Source: Malacoraja senta
Taxonomy: Eukaryota
Length of the DNA: 64,000 bases
Assembly (NCBI GenBank): GCA_038087875.1
Contig: CM075982.1
Location: 72,044,001-72,108,000, forward strand
Direction of reading: 5' to 3'
The notes under the pieces were generated by a model. That model made no database searches and had not been told where the DNA came from. It was given only the letters and a program-made list of their open reading frames with translations. The translations under genes were made by a program, and so were the position numbers. Positions 15,232-27,047 of this stretch are shown here, in pieces. Numbering within the stretch: the stretch's first letter is position 1; the number at the start of each line of letters is the position of its first letter.

Positions 15232-15868
15232 ACGAGGACCAAAGTTGTGCCAATGAAAGTCAAAGAAGTCATTATGAGACTGAGAAACAAGAATAAAACT
15301 GTTAGAGGCATCAGCCAAATATTCGGCTTACCAAATTCAACTGTTTGGAACATCATTAAGAAGAAAGAGAGCACTGGTGAGCTTACTGATTGCAAAGGGA
15401 TTTGCAGGCCATGGAAAACATCCACACCTGATGACAGAAGAATTCTCTCTATAATAAAGAAAAATCCCCAAACACCTTTCCGACAGATCAGAAACACTCT
15501 TCACGAGTCAGGTGTGGATTTGTCAATAACCACTGTCTGCAGAAGACATCGTGAACAGAACACCAGAGGCTACACTGCAAGATGCAAACCACTGGTTAGC
15601 CCCAATAATAGGATGGCCAGGTTACAATTTGCCAAGAAGTACTTAAAAGAGCAACCACAGTTCTGGAAAAAGGTCTTGTGGACAGATGAGACGAAGATTA
15701 ATTTATATCAGAGTGATGGAAAGAGCAAAGTATGGAGGAGAGAAGGAATTGCCTAAGATCCAAAGCATACCACCTCATCTGTGAAACACAGTGGTGGAGG
15801 TGTTATGGCCTGGGCATGTATGGCTGCTGAAGGTACTGGCTCTTATCTTCATTGATGATACAACTGCT
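15232..15868 (+). pseudogene. Tc1-family transposase pseudogene
   Basis: Paired-like HTH (STVWNIIKK), KPLVS, RLQFAK, VLWTDETKINL, VKHxGGGVMAWACM. Probable start mutated to ACG, premature stop at 15754-15756, truncated. Confidence 0.88.
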
Positions 15869-16279
15869 TATGTAAGGCGTTTCCTTTATGCAGTATCATT
15901 AATGCACTGCTGGGCAATAGCGTCACAAAATAGGAGCATCACACCTTCACACATCCAGTCCCACAACTGAGATGTGGGACTGGATGTGAACAGACGTCAT
16001 AGCTTCCTGTGATTTTCCCAGCTGTACTCAGCAAGTCAAAATGTTTTCTATTTTACAATAACAAAGCAAATATTATTAGGAAATAAATTATATCCAAACC
16101 AATCATTCGTTAACTGAAAATAAATTAAATCACAATCTGACCATGGCTACAACACTTATGCTCATGAAATTTACTGGTTTTGAAATAAATTCTCGAGAAC
16201 AACAAAGCATTAAGCAACAAAATCTTCCCAGGGAGAGCAATTCAGTTTGTGCAAGCAGGCCCAAGTTTAAAAAAAAATC

Positions 16280-16690
16280 CTTGAGGAATTCAGCGAGACA
16301 GGCAGCATCTGTGGTCAGACAACATTTTGGGTTAGGTGCCTTCTTCCGATGGGAGAAAGCTGGAGAAAGGGAGCCGGGGGGGGGGGGGGGGGGGGGGGAG
16401 ACAAAGCCTGGCGGGTGAGAGGTGGATGTGCAGGTGACGAGGGGGTGATTGGCAAATAAGAGGAGTAAATGACAAAGGCAAGAGGTGAAAAGGTGACAAA
16501 AGGGTGTCAAATAAGGAAAGAAGAGGTGTGAAATGCCTAGCCCATGGGAGAGTTGTGGGCAGAAGGGGAGGAGAAAGAGCGAGGGGATAAAAGGGAAAAT
16601 GGGACTGGGTGGGAGAGGAAAGAGTGGGTGTGTTCGTGGGGGGATATTACTTGACATTGGAGAGGTCAATGTTCATAATGTAGGTTTCCT
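16280..16690 (-). mobile_element. Degenerate Penelope-like 3' fragment
   Basis: Purine-rich UTR with decayed terminal repeat, similar to the 14213 element. Confidence 0.6.
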
Positions 16691-16999
16691 TGATGCTTGG
16701 CAAGACCAGCTGCATATACATTAGGGCTTTGCGTCTGAGAATTTAAATGATCACAGGCAGAATGATCAAAGGACTGAACACACCACTTCCTGTGAACACA
16801 AGGTGGAATTTCAATGTCAAGTGTGGGGTTAATGGATGAGGGCTGTCCTGCACCAGGCTGCACATTGGCAAGGGGAGATTCCATGGGATTAGTGGTATAG
16901 TTAGGACCAATTCTTCAGTTTTAAGGAGATTTAGACAATGTCGTTTTTTTTAAACTGTGTGAACGGCAGAAGTTACATTTATGAGAAAATAAAAATGTT

Positions 17000-17132
17000 C
17001 AGTCTGAAGAAGGGTCTCGACCGGAAACGTTGCCCATTCCTTCTCTCCATAGATGCTGCCTCACCCGCTGTGTTTCCCCAGCATTTTTTGTCTACCTTCG
17101 ATTTTCCAGCATCTGCAGTTCTTTCTTAAACA
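17000..17132 (+). mobile_element. Solo Penelope-derived terminal repeat starting at the hammerhead core
   Basis: CAGTCTGAAGAAGGGTCTCGACCGGAAACGTTG...CAGCATCTGCAGTTCTTTCTTAAACA. Confidence 0.8.
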
Positions 17133-17461
17133 AAATAAAAATTGCGGGTTATTTTACAAACATGCGTAAAAATATTGAACTATGTTAAAAAAAATAATGC
17201 ACCAATGTGACTCAAATTGAAAGCTCATGATTGCACAGCTTTTGAACTCTCTCAGGATACAGGCAATGCTGCAAACGGCATTCATTACTCATCAGTGTTG
17301 CTCATAGGTGGCAGGGTGTGTTCTGTTGGGCCGCTTCATACATGAAGCAATATTTTCTACTGGTGAAGGGAGAATAAATAATACAGGCCAGAAATATTGA
17401 AAATTCGTTTTCAGGATCCCTTATTTTGTCTCCAATGCCTGACAACCAGTCCTACTGCTAT

Positions 17462-17744
17462 GTCAGCTGTGACCCAGCTGGTAGCACTCTAGGCTGCGTC
17501 ACAGGGGTGTAGATTCAATCCCATCCCAGAAATGCGAGTGCATTATGTGTAGGGTAAGATTCCAGTGTAGGAATGAGCCCAGGGCACTACTTTACTTTAA
17601 ATAGCACAGGTTATTCCTGGTGTCCTGGAAAATATTTATGCAACTGGAATCACTAAAACAGCTTATCTGGTCATTATCACCTTGCTCCTTAAGGAAGCTG
17701 GCAGTTTGCAGTCACATTTCCTACTTCACATCTGTGACCACACT
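17462..17744 (+). mobile_element. DeuSINE (SacSINE1-like), 5' part
   Basis: tRNA-like head (A/B-box-like) and Deu-type body (GGTGTCCTGG..AATATTTAT..CACTAAAACAG.TTATCTGGTCATTATCAC). Interrupted by a TIR element. Confidence 0.7.
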
Positions 17745-17926
17745 CAGGGCTCTCACTTAACTTTTTTTCTCTGTTGCCAGCCGGGCAACCTTGACAGCTT
17801 TTTAGGTTGCCAAATGACAGTTTAGGTGGTCATTTAAGACGGTTTGCATGACGCGTGCGATAATGTGCTCGGACGAAGTGCGTAGTTACCAGTCAGAATT
17901 ATGCGCAATGAAGCATTCATATATTA

Positions 17927-18140
17927 TGTTCAAGAAGGAACTGCAGATGCTGGAAAATTGAAGGTAGTGCTGGAGAAACTCAGCGGGTGCAGCAGCATCT
18001 ATGGAGCGAAGGAAATAGGCAACGTTTCAGGCCGAAACCTATCAGTCTGAAGAAGGGTTTCGGCCCGAAACGTTGCCTATTTCCTTCGCTCCATAGATGC
18101 TGCCGCATCCGCTGAGTTTCTCCAGCACTTTTGTCTACAT
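17927..18140. mobile_element. Inverted pair of Penelope-derived terminal repeats
   Basis: Minus copy and plus copy abut at the hammerhead cores. Confidence 0.8.
18043..18077 (+). ncRNA. Minimal type I hammerhead ribozyme motif
   Basis: CUGAAGA (18047-18053), A, stem II GGGU-UUCG-GCCC, GAAA, palindromic stem III ACGU, H17=U. Stem I is only ~2 bp. Confidence 0.7.
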
Positions 18141-18614
18141 TCACATATTATTTCTGCTTCAAATAACTTACAAACTAAACATATTCACCAATCAAGACAT
18201 GATATATACCACAATGACATGCAGCAAAATTATAATACAATATCTCAACTCTTTTTACACATTGCAATTAATGCAATTCCTATTAGTTCTTTCCACTTCC
18301 AAACAAAAATGTGGTTGGATTATTCAGCATATGATCAACCTGTGTTAATAAATCCTGGACCATGGTAACATATATGCTTAACCATGCACACTACAGATTG
18401 ATGCAAGCTTGTTCTCTGTGAAAGACTGAAAATTATCATGACATGGCCTTAGCATGGGTCGTTATTGCTATTGGTACAGAAACACTCTCGCTTCCCACAT
18501 AATTTATCCATAACAAAATATACAGGTTGCAAGGAAATTTCTAAAGGCATTTTATGATAATAGCTGTTAAAACCGACTATACCCATCTGACAGGTTAAAC
18601 ATTACACTAACTGA

Positions 18615-19127
18615 AACATTACACCTAGAAGAGATAAGACTCCTCCTAGCAGGTAAACCAGATCACTTCCACCTGACGTGGTCTGCATTTATAGAATTAT
18701 TACAAACATAGGGTGCAAAAGTACTTAAAAAAAATAAAAAATTGAGGTCGGGTAAGGGGGGATGATAGTGGAAGAGTTGGTATGTCCTATTTACGTAATG
18801 CTCAAAAAAATATTTGTTTTTCTTTTTTTTTCCTCTCTCTCTTTCTCTTTTTTTTCCTAGGGCCTATTTCTTAACTCTTTTTCTTTTGTTTTTAATTTCG
18901 CTCTTATAGGGTCTTCGTCCTTTTTTGTTGTTACATTTTCTACACTTTTCTACACTCACTTTTTCCTTCACTTTCTTCTTTCTTTCAATCTTTTCTTTTT
19001 CTAGTGTAAAAAAATAAATAAAGGGAGTACATTAATTGTAAGAAGATACAAATGACGAGTATTAATGTATGTGGTTGTAATGTAATGTACTTCTAATAAA
19101 TAAAAATTAAAAAAAAAAAAAAAAAAA
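18615..19127 (+). mobile_element. 5'-truncated L1-clade LINE with poly-A tail and 18-bp TSD
   Basis: ORF2 end TLHLEEIRLLLAGKPDHFHLTWSAFIELLQT*, then AATAAA and poly-A. TSD AAACATTACACTAACTGA at 18597-18614 and 19128-19145. Confidence 0.8.
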
Positions 19128-19364
19128 AAACATTACACTAACTGACAAGAAATGGCCAAAGTACATAACTGCAGCAAATGTTCTTTTGGTAATATGTTTA
19201 AAGGTGTCAAAACATATAATAACATTGGGAATTAAAACACATTTGATTGAATTCCGTTATCAAACATAGTCAATGTTCGCTCTGAAGACCATGAAGAACA
19301 ATAGGGTCAGTACAGTACATTAGTACGTGTTGGTTGGAGTATCTAAAATTGTGAGGGGAGAGCA

Positions 19365-20100
19365 CGGGGGATGTCAGCGGGGGTTCAGTACGGGATGGAT
19401 GGGGGGGATCAGTACAGGATGAATGGGGGGTCAGTACATGATGAATGGAGGTAGACAAAAATGCTGGAGAAACTCAGCGGGTGAGGCAGCATCTATGGAG
19501 CCAAGGAAATAGGCAACTTTTTGGGTCGAGACCCTTCTTCAGACTGTTCCCTCCATTTTTCTTGAATGGGGGGATCAGTACAGGATGAATGGGGGGGGTC
19601 AGTACAGGATGAATGGGGGGGTGGGGGTCAGGACAGTGTGGATCGGAGGGTCTGTGCAGGATGAATGGGGGATCACTACAGGATGAATGAGGGGATCAGT
19701 ATAGGATGAATGGGGAATCAGTATGGGATGAATGAGGGGATCAGTACAGGATGCATGAGAGGATCAGTACAGGATGAATGGGGGATCAGTAAAAGATGAA
19801 TGGGGAGATCACTACAGGATGGATGGGGGGATTGGTGCAGGGTAAATGGAGGGTGGGTCAGTACAGGATGAATGGGAGGCTCAGCGCAGTATGAATGGGG
19901 GGGAGAAGTGCAGGATGGATGGGAAGGGGGGTCAGTACAGGATGAATTGGGGGACCAGTGTAGGATGGATGGGGGGGGTGGCAGGAGAATCAATGCGAGG
20001 GTGATGAATAGATTGGGGGGGGGTAGATGGCGAGGGGAGCACAGGGGGTGTCAGTGGGGACTGAATAGAGGAGGGAATGGGGATCAGTGCGGGATGGAGA
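19365..20100. repeat. ~21-bp minisatellite (GGGGGATCAGTACAGGATGAAT), interrupted by a Penelope-derived repeat at ~19450-19547
   Basis: More than 20 degenerate units. Confidence 0.85.
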
Positions 20101-20357
20101 GGAGGGGTCCCAGGATAAGAGGGGTGGAGGGGGGCATACAAGAGAGAGAGTGAGAGAGAGAGAGAGGGGTGTAAGGGGCAGAGGAGGTGGGGAGGAAGGA
20201 AGGTCAGTGCTCCTCGGGCAACATCGCCCCGCTGCCTTGGCCGTCCCTGTCCAATGCCAAAGTGCCGCCGCTAAAGGGGGTGGCGGTTGGGACTCCTCGC
20301 CACCGCCTCCCCTCCTCCGCCAGCCGACAGCAAGGTGCGGGGCCGAGCGGTGCAGCT

Positions 20358-20385
20358 CAAAGATCCTATAGCTATAGGATCTTTG
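20358..20385. mobile_element. 28-bp TIR-only hAT remnant with perfect 8-bp TSD
   Basis: CAAAGATCCTATAG+CTATAGGATCTTTG flanked by GTGCAGCT on both sides. Same TIR as the MITE at 1485. Confidence 0.85.
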
Positions 20386-20904
20386 GTGCAGCTGCTTCAG
20401 ACGGCGGATGGAGACCTCCCTCTCCCTCTCCCTCCCTCGGCGTGCGAGAGGGGTTGTTTTGAAAGCGCCGTTGGCGGATTTGCAGGCAGTGGCCGTTATC
20501 AGGGCGATAGCGGCCGCTGCTTGCAAATCTACCAACGGCGTTTTCAAAACAACCCCGCCCGCACGCCGAGGCCGGGAGGAGGGAGGAGGGAGAGGGAGGT
20601 CTCCTTCCGCCGGACGGGGTGCGGGAGGAGGAAGCGGTGGAGCCGCTGTCGCGGCCGCTGTTCGGGGCCCATCATTTGCTCCGACCCAACGTCACCTCGC
20701 AATACAGCCGCCACCGACACGAAACGCCACGTTCCTATTCGCCAGAGATGCTACCTGACCCGTGGAGTTACTCCAGTTTTTTGTGTCTATCGGTATAAAC
20801 CAGTATTTGATTGCCAAGCCGGGCAAAATGACTCGGCGTTTAGGTTGCCCGGCGACACTTTGAGTGGTCAATGGCACCCGGGCAACCGCTAATTTAGAGC
20901 CCTG

Positions 20905-20990
20905 ACTCTTCGATAGTTCTTTAATTGGCAGTGAAAGGACTTTGGGATGTCCAGCGATCATGAAAGGCTCTGCATAAATAAGAGTTTTTA
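20905..20990 (+). mobile_element. DeuSINE (SacSINE1-like), 3' part
   Basis: TTAATTGGCAGTGAAAGGACTTTGGGATGTCC...GAAAGGC tail, collinear with the 5' part. Confidence 0.7.
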
Positions 20991-21619
20991 CGTTTTACGC
21001 TAGCGTCAGATTAACCAAAGTCGGTATTGAGATTCACAGTAAATGTAGAGAAGCAATAACCTATAAGAAATATGAACAATCTGAACATTTTGAGTTAGTT
21101 TGTCTGGACACTATGCTCATATAACGTAGGGGGAGGAGATAGGGTTGAAGGACTGGACATCTTCTTATTAAACCCAATATCCTCTACTCCCTGGCTCCAG
21201 ACCTATAGTGGGATGGATTGTCTGAAGGGATATCTGCAATTTGAGGTGGAAATGTGCATGGCCCCGTAACCACCAGCGAGCCTGCCGGACTCCCGACCAA
21301 GTTCAACAGGCACTCATTGCTGCTGGTTGGTTATCAGCATCTGGGGAGGAAGCATCAGAGCCACCCTTCAAACTAAACAACATAGCCAAGTAATGCCCAC
21401 AAGCTTTACTACTAGAGGAATTACAATCGAAAAGCAGAATTATCCCTGCAGCTTTCTTTACATCCCCACAATATTCACCTCAGCACAAGTTCAGCAATCC
21501 TTCCACGACCCCACCACCCATCTGCCAACTCTGCCCTCGAACTTTGCCCCCTCAGAATCACACCCCTTCCCCAAAAACCTTTTGCCACTTTGCAATTCCT
21601 CACCCATCCAGCGACAAAA

Positions 21620-21746
21620 CATTCTGAAGAACGGTTTTGGCCTGAAACGTTGCCTATTTCCTTCGCTCCATAGATGCTGCCACACACGCTGAGTTTCTCC
21701 AGCACTTTTGTCTACCTTCGATTTTCCAGCAGTTCCTTCTTAAACA
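21620..21746 (+). mobile_element. Solo Penelope-derived terminal repeat
   Basis: CTGAAGAACGGTTTTGGCCTGAAACGTTGCC...TTCTTAAACA. Confidence 0.75.
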
Positions 21747-22907
21747 TAGATACTTTTTCAAATGTGATTGGATATTGCCACTCAGTCTTGGAGGCTGGAG
21801 GCTGCTAACACTGGGCATTGTTCTCCTCCAGTTTCTACAACATGATACGATAGAATTTTATTTATGTCAGGAGGGAAATTGGTCTGTCAACAGTCATAAA
21901 AACACAAGAAGATACATGAAACATGAAATTAAAGTGACAAGTGGAAAGTCCAGGATTTGGGATGTGCAAAGATTGGGGGGGGGGGGGGGGGAGGGCATGG
22001 CAGAAGTGGAAGGAGTTGTACAGTTGAGGAGTTGTACAATTCATCCGAAAGAATTAAATTTGTAGCTCCAGTTTAACACCTTTTCAATTATAAAATTTTG
22101 ATGTGAGCTACAAGAACGAACAAATGACTTTCATACAAATCGTTAAGTAATTTTATCTGACAACACATGTTGTCCCTAATGTCGCAGAGTGTCTTTCTAA
22201 TCAAACATCTGGAATTTTCTGCAGACGTCACTCTCTTTGCTTGATCATGCTGCTGTTTTCAATTGTTATTAAATTAAATTGAGGGCTATACGCTAAAAAA
22301 TACATTGAGAGGAATGCTTTTTTAAAACTGAATTTTATATTTTTAAAGATAAAATTAATCAATTTTTGGAAAGTACTATTTTATAATTCCACACTGTACA
22401 TTCAGATTATTCAAATTGACACACAAACAGTATCTTGAATAATTAATTTAAAACAAATAATAATGTGAGGCAACTTCTCTCACACCGTCTAATATGTTTT
22501 CCGGCATGAAGCAGATAGTCATAGGAGGATCATTCATATCATGAAAGAAAATGAAAAGAAACAAAGCTTTTTTAAATCAGCATACTATTTTAAGAATATT
22601 AGCTCTGCAATGGTGTTGTTTGCAGCAAGTCATATGATATGGTTATGGGGTAAGAGAACTGTTATACAAAGTGTTATTCAATTTGGATTCTTTTAGTTGT
22701 TAAATGAACACAAGACAGACTGACAGAAACTAATTGGTTTAGCGTTAGAGATTTTTTAGATTGGGATGCACTTTTAGACTACTTAGCCTAGTCTAATGGG
22801 AGCATAAGTTATTAGAAAAAAATATACAAGTCCACATGGACATCAGTGGGTGAGACTTTTATAATTTAAACGTTAATTTTGAAAATCCATTTCTCTATTT
22901 TTCTTGT

Positions 22908-23120
22908 ATAGGAAGGAACTGTAGATGCTGGTTTAAACTGAAGAAAGACACAAAAAGTTGGGAGTAACTCAGTTGGTCAGGCAGCATCTCTGGAGAAAAG
23001 GAACAGGTGATGTTTCGGGGCTAGACCCTTCCCCAGACACTTCTCCACCCGAAATGTCAACTATTCCTTTTCTCCAGAGATGCTGCCTGACCCGAGTTAC
23101 TGCAGCATTTTGCATCTATC
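22908..23120. mobile_element. Inverted pair of Penelope-derived terminal repeats
   Basis: Minus copy then plus copy around a decayed hammerhead centre. Confidence 0.7.
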
Positions 23121-23890
23121 TCTATTTTTCTTATTTTGTCCAAAAAATGCAATGATTTGCTTTATTAAAATATATAGCAGTTACACCATTGAACATATTC
23201 ACCTCAGTTTAAAGGGCGAATCAAATCCAGGACTGGCCCACGAGTGTTGCACCCTGACCATTGTCCAGCCACCCATTGCTGCCCTCCACTGACACTGCGA
23301 TTTGCATGTATTATATAAACCCTCCTGCCGTATCACACACACATGCATGTGACCGCCAATTCTACTCTTGCTGACATGACGACACCTCAGGCATCTGCTG
23401 ACCTGTGGCTATGAGGGAGCGGTAATTCACTGGCTCAAAGCCAAGATGGGGGCTCAAAGTGGTCCAAAATGGTTAACTTTTGAACCCTAAAGCCAAGGGA
23501 GAACAGTCCTAACAACTACCCTTTGTCACACCAACCAATGTCATATGTCCCATTGCCTTTAATTTTTTTCTAAACACCAGGCATTTCTTCATTGTATAGA
23601 TACTGTTATGCATTTTTAAATCTCACACCTGGTCCATTGTTGCAATTTAAGTTTGCCCGTCTGTACTCTGTGCCTCCACAGTTGCAACTTTTGCAATATG
23701 ACACTTGCATTAGCTGTAGTAACCAGTGATACACGTTTGCTGGCTCTGCGCCATAAAGACTTCCTGGGCACAGCCTGGCTTCCCAATTCAGGCTCGATCA
23801 TACACTTAGGCTTGACGCTGCCTATGGTTAGCTCAGGTTTTAACGCTAAACCCGCGACAAACTCTAATATTCTAGTTAATTGCAGCTTTA

Positions 23891-24211
23891 AAGCCCTGTC
23901 CCACGGTACGAGTTCATTCCAAGAGCTCTCCTGAGTTAAAAAAAAAATCAAACTCGTGGTAAGCACGGAGAATGAACGTAGCGGGTACGTCGGAGCTCGG
24001 GGACGTCTCTTAGCGCTAATGGTAGGTACTCGGGAAGACTCGCTAACGGCAGGTAAGCACGGGAAGACTCGTGAAGATTTTTCAACATGTTGAAAAATGT
24101 CCACGAGAGCCCCGAGTACCGACGAGTGGCCATTACCGTAAATCTCCGAGTTCGAATCAGGGCAAACTCGGGAGAACTCTTGGAATGAACTCAGACCGTG
24201 GGACAGGGGTT
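23891..24211. mobile_element. PIF/Harbinger MITE
   Basis: TIRs AAGCCCTGTCCCACGG.../...CCGTGGGACAGGGGTT with long imperfect inverted arms. TTA on both flanks. Confidence 0.82.
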
Positions 24212-24386
24212 TTAAAACAGCATTTTTGGATAGTATTTGTGACAAAGTATCTTGTTGGAGTGAGCTGCACATTTTAAAGATATTTTCCACTGTGAAATGA
24301 AATTAGAAACAATGCAGAATCCTACTGCTGGCATCTCAAATTTCAAGACTGAAAGGTGTGACAGAACACCACCCTGACCCAGGTTA

Positions 24387-26299
24387 AAGCCGTCTCACTG
24401 TGCGAGTTGACCCACGAGTGACCCCAAGTGAAAGACTCGTGGTTGCGTACGAGACTCCAAGTTTATGATCAAGAGTTTAACCGAGTTCCCACGGGTATGT
24501 CTAAGTTTGCCGTTTATTTCTTATTTCTCATTTCTGCGATGTTCCAAGTTCGTCTCCCGAGTGTACCAAGTTCCTCTCCCGTTAATCTTGAGGCAACAAT
24601 GTATACCGACGTGTTGAAAAATCATCACATGTTAAAAAAATGATGTCATGCTTTTTTTTTACATACTATAAAAAGCCTGCCTTGTTTAAATTGGCTCATT
24701 TGGAAAAAATGTCTGCAAGAAGGCTATTGGAGTCCAGGATGGTGATGTTTTTTGTTCGAGTGCTGTATGCAGCAGCCCTTTATGTGATGCAAGGACGCTT
24801 GTGTAATGAAGGCAGAAGAGAGAGAGTAAAGAGGAAAATTAAGAAGAGGTCTCAGTGGGTGAAGCCCCTGTTTCAAAGGAGATCTCTCTTGGACAGTATG
24901 AAAAGCTGCTTAATGTGCTGTGCGAAGAAGATAAATCTGCATTTAAAAATGTCATCAGAATTTCACCTGAGCTCTTTAATGAGCTGAAGAATAACAAGGT
25001 GGATGTGAAATCTCACCTACCTGTTTCAGTGACAGGCACCCGCAGCCAGTGAATGAAGACACCCCCATCTGTCTCCCCCTCCTCTCCCTCCACTCTCTCT
25101 CCTCCACCCCCCCCCCCCTATTTGGAAATGTCATCCCATCACCCATTCCTTCTCTCCAGAGATGCTGCCTGCCCGCTGAGTTAAAGAGTTCCCACTTGCA
25201 GCAGCATAACAGGCCAGTAAACACAATACTCATAGATAATATACTAAACAAAGAAAATATATATTAAAAAATCCCGTATTATTGCAAAAATCCCAAAGTC
25301 CTTAGTGCAACCAAGGCAGTTTGTAGTTCATAGTTTAGTTAGCATTTGTAGCGTTCAAGAGCCCGATGGTTGTTGGGAAGAAGCTGTTCTTGAACCTGGA
25401 GGTAATGGTTTTCATATTCTTATACCTTCTGCTCAGCAGGAATGAAATGAGAGCATGGCCAGGGTAGTGTGGGTCCATGACAATGCTGGCTGCCTTTTTG
25501 AGGCAGCACCTCCTATAGAACCCTTTGATTCAGTAAAGTTCAGTAAAGAGATCGGGAATCTGGCATCATGGCTTGTGAATAAAACCCAGCCTTAAACATC
25601 CGCATAATGAAAGAGTTGGTGTTGTCCTACGGAACAGGGGTGCAGGAGAGGTGAACACAACCCTGTCTTCTTCAACAGCACTGGTAGAGATGGCTTCTGG
25701 ACGTGACTGGCAGACCTCAGATTAGGCTGCCATGAAGTGTCATAAAATGTTCTCACGCTGTTCCTCAATACTGGTTTGTCTTAAGGTTGTGAGCTCAGTC
25801 CCAAATACGCAAAATCAATATATAAACTTCAAGCAACATTTTCTTTTCAACCCACTCTGTCACCTTATCAATAACTTGCTTAACTTTGTTAAGCAGAATT
25901 TGTCTTTAAAAAGTCTATGTTGGTGTTCCTTAACTGATCCATACTTATCCAAGTAACTGATATTTCTGTCCCTGATTATTGTTTCTAAAAAGAGTTCCCA
26001 CGGTAGACTCACGAGTCACAAAGGTAAAAGCACGGGCCACTACATTCTTACAACAAGTTTAAATGTTTCAAATTTTAACCTCAAGAGTACATTTTACTCG
26101 TGGAAAAGTTTAAACATGTTTGAAATTTTTCAAGAGTTAACAAGTTTCACGGGTACCTGCCGTTAGCGCCAAGAGTCGCTAAGTTGCGTCCACGAGTTCC
26201 GACGTTCCCGCTACGTTAATTGTACGTGATTACCACGAGTTAAATTTGTTTTAAACTCGGGGTACCTCGTGGGTCAGCTCGCACAGTGAGACAGGGGAT
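24387..26299 (+). mobile_element. Internally deleted PIF/Harbinger transposon with decayed transposase N-terminus and nested repeats
   Basis: TIR GTCTCACTGTGCGAG(T/C)TGACCCACGAG at both ends. 24840-24985 encodes (frameshifted) RSQWVKPLFQRR / GQYEKLLNVLCEEDKSAFKNVIRISPELFNEL, typical of Harbinger transposases. Confidence 0.72.
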
Positions 26300-26791
26300 T
26301 TCGTTTCTTTCACTTGTGTTACAACGGTTCCCCTCTCCCTCGATTCCTCTTCTCATCTTTAATCCCAACAGGGTCCACATTTGATGATCATTTTCAAAGA
26401 TTTTGGCATGATGCTACCACAGTACACCTCATTGTGATACCATGCTTTATTCATCCAGGAGAGATGTTCTCATCAGTGACACACTGCACGATCAATATCA
26501 GCATATCCTGCTCATCCCTGGGCACTTTCCTGTGCCAGTGTAGTTTACGCAAAATTTTAATTTTTACCTCTTCCTTTCTACCCAGTACTCCAAATATTTG
26601 CTCTAGGCAAAAAAGTATTTAACGTGCTTAGAGTCAGAGTCATACTGCACGGAAACAAGCCCTTCGATCAACTTGCCCATGCCAACCAAGATACCCTATC
26701 TATCTAAGATAGTCCTATTTGCCTACATTTGTCTTATATCCCTTTAAACCTTCCTATCCATGTACCTGCCACAAGTCTTAAGAAGGGTCTC

Positions 26792-27047
26792 AAAGGAGAC
26801 GAGGAAACACTTTTTCTCACAGAGAGTTGTGAGTCTGTGGAATTCTCTGCCTCAGAGGGCAGTGGAGGCCGGTTCTCTGTATGCTTTCAAGAGAGAGCTA
26901 GATAGGGCTCTTAAAGATAGTGGAGTCAGGGGATATGGGGAGAAGGCAGGAATGGGGTACTGATTGGGGATGATCAGCCATGATCACATTGAATGGCGTT
27001 GCTGGCTCGAAGGGCCGAATGGCCTATTCCTGCACCTATTGTCTATG
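26792..27047 (+). mobile_element. CR1 3' fragment inserted into stem II of a hammerhead repeat, itself inside an older minus-strand LINE
   Basis: GAAGGGTCTC lies before the CR1 piece and AACCTGAAATGTCACC after it. Confidence 0.75.

Larger units (their letters stand above)
13161..15868 (+). mobile_element. Tc1/mariner DNA transposon (left TIR plus 5' part of transposase) with nested CR1 and Penelope-like insertions
   Basis: TA|CAGTGCCCTCCA left end, internal repeat of the TIR motif near 14128, Tc1 transposase HTH and WTDETK motif. Confidence 0.85.
17745..20904. mobile_element. Non-autonomous TIR DNA transposon (hAT-like CAGGG termini) with several nested insertions
   Basis: Ends CAGGGCTCTCACTTAAC and (reverse complement) CAGGGCTCTAAATTAGC, 14/17 match. 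Subterminal GTTGCC/GGCAAC repeats at both ends. Splits a SINE. TSD ambiguous. Confidence 0.75.

Noticed and set aside
19872-20961. Cluster of 90-200 aa ORFs on both strands
   Set aside because: GC-rich, low-complexity transposon interior with no domain motifs.
23616-24290. 224-aa minus-strand ORF
   Set aside because: Runs across a Harbinger MITE and its flanks, has a non-ATG start and no homology signal.
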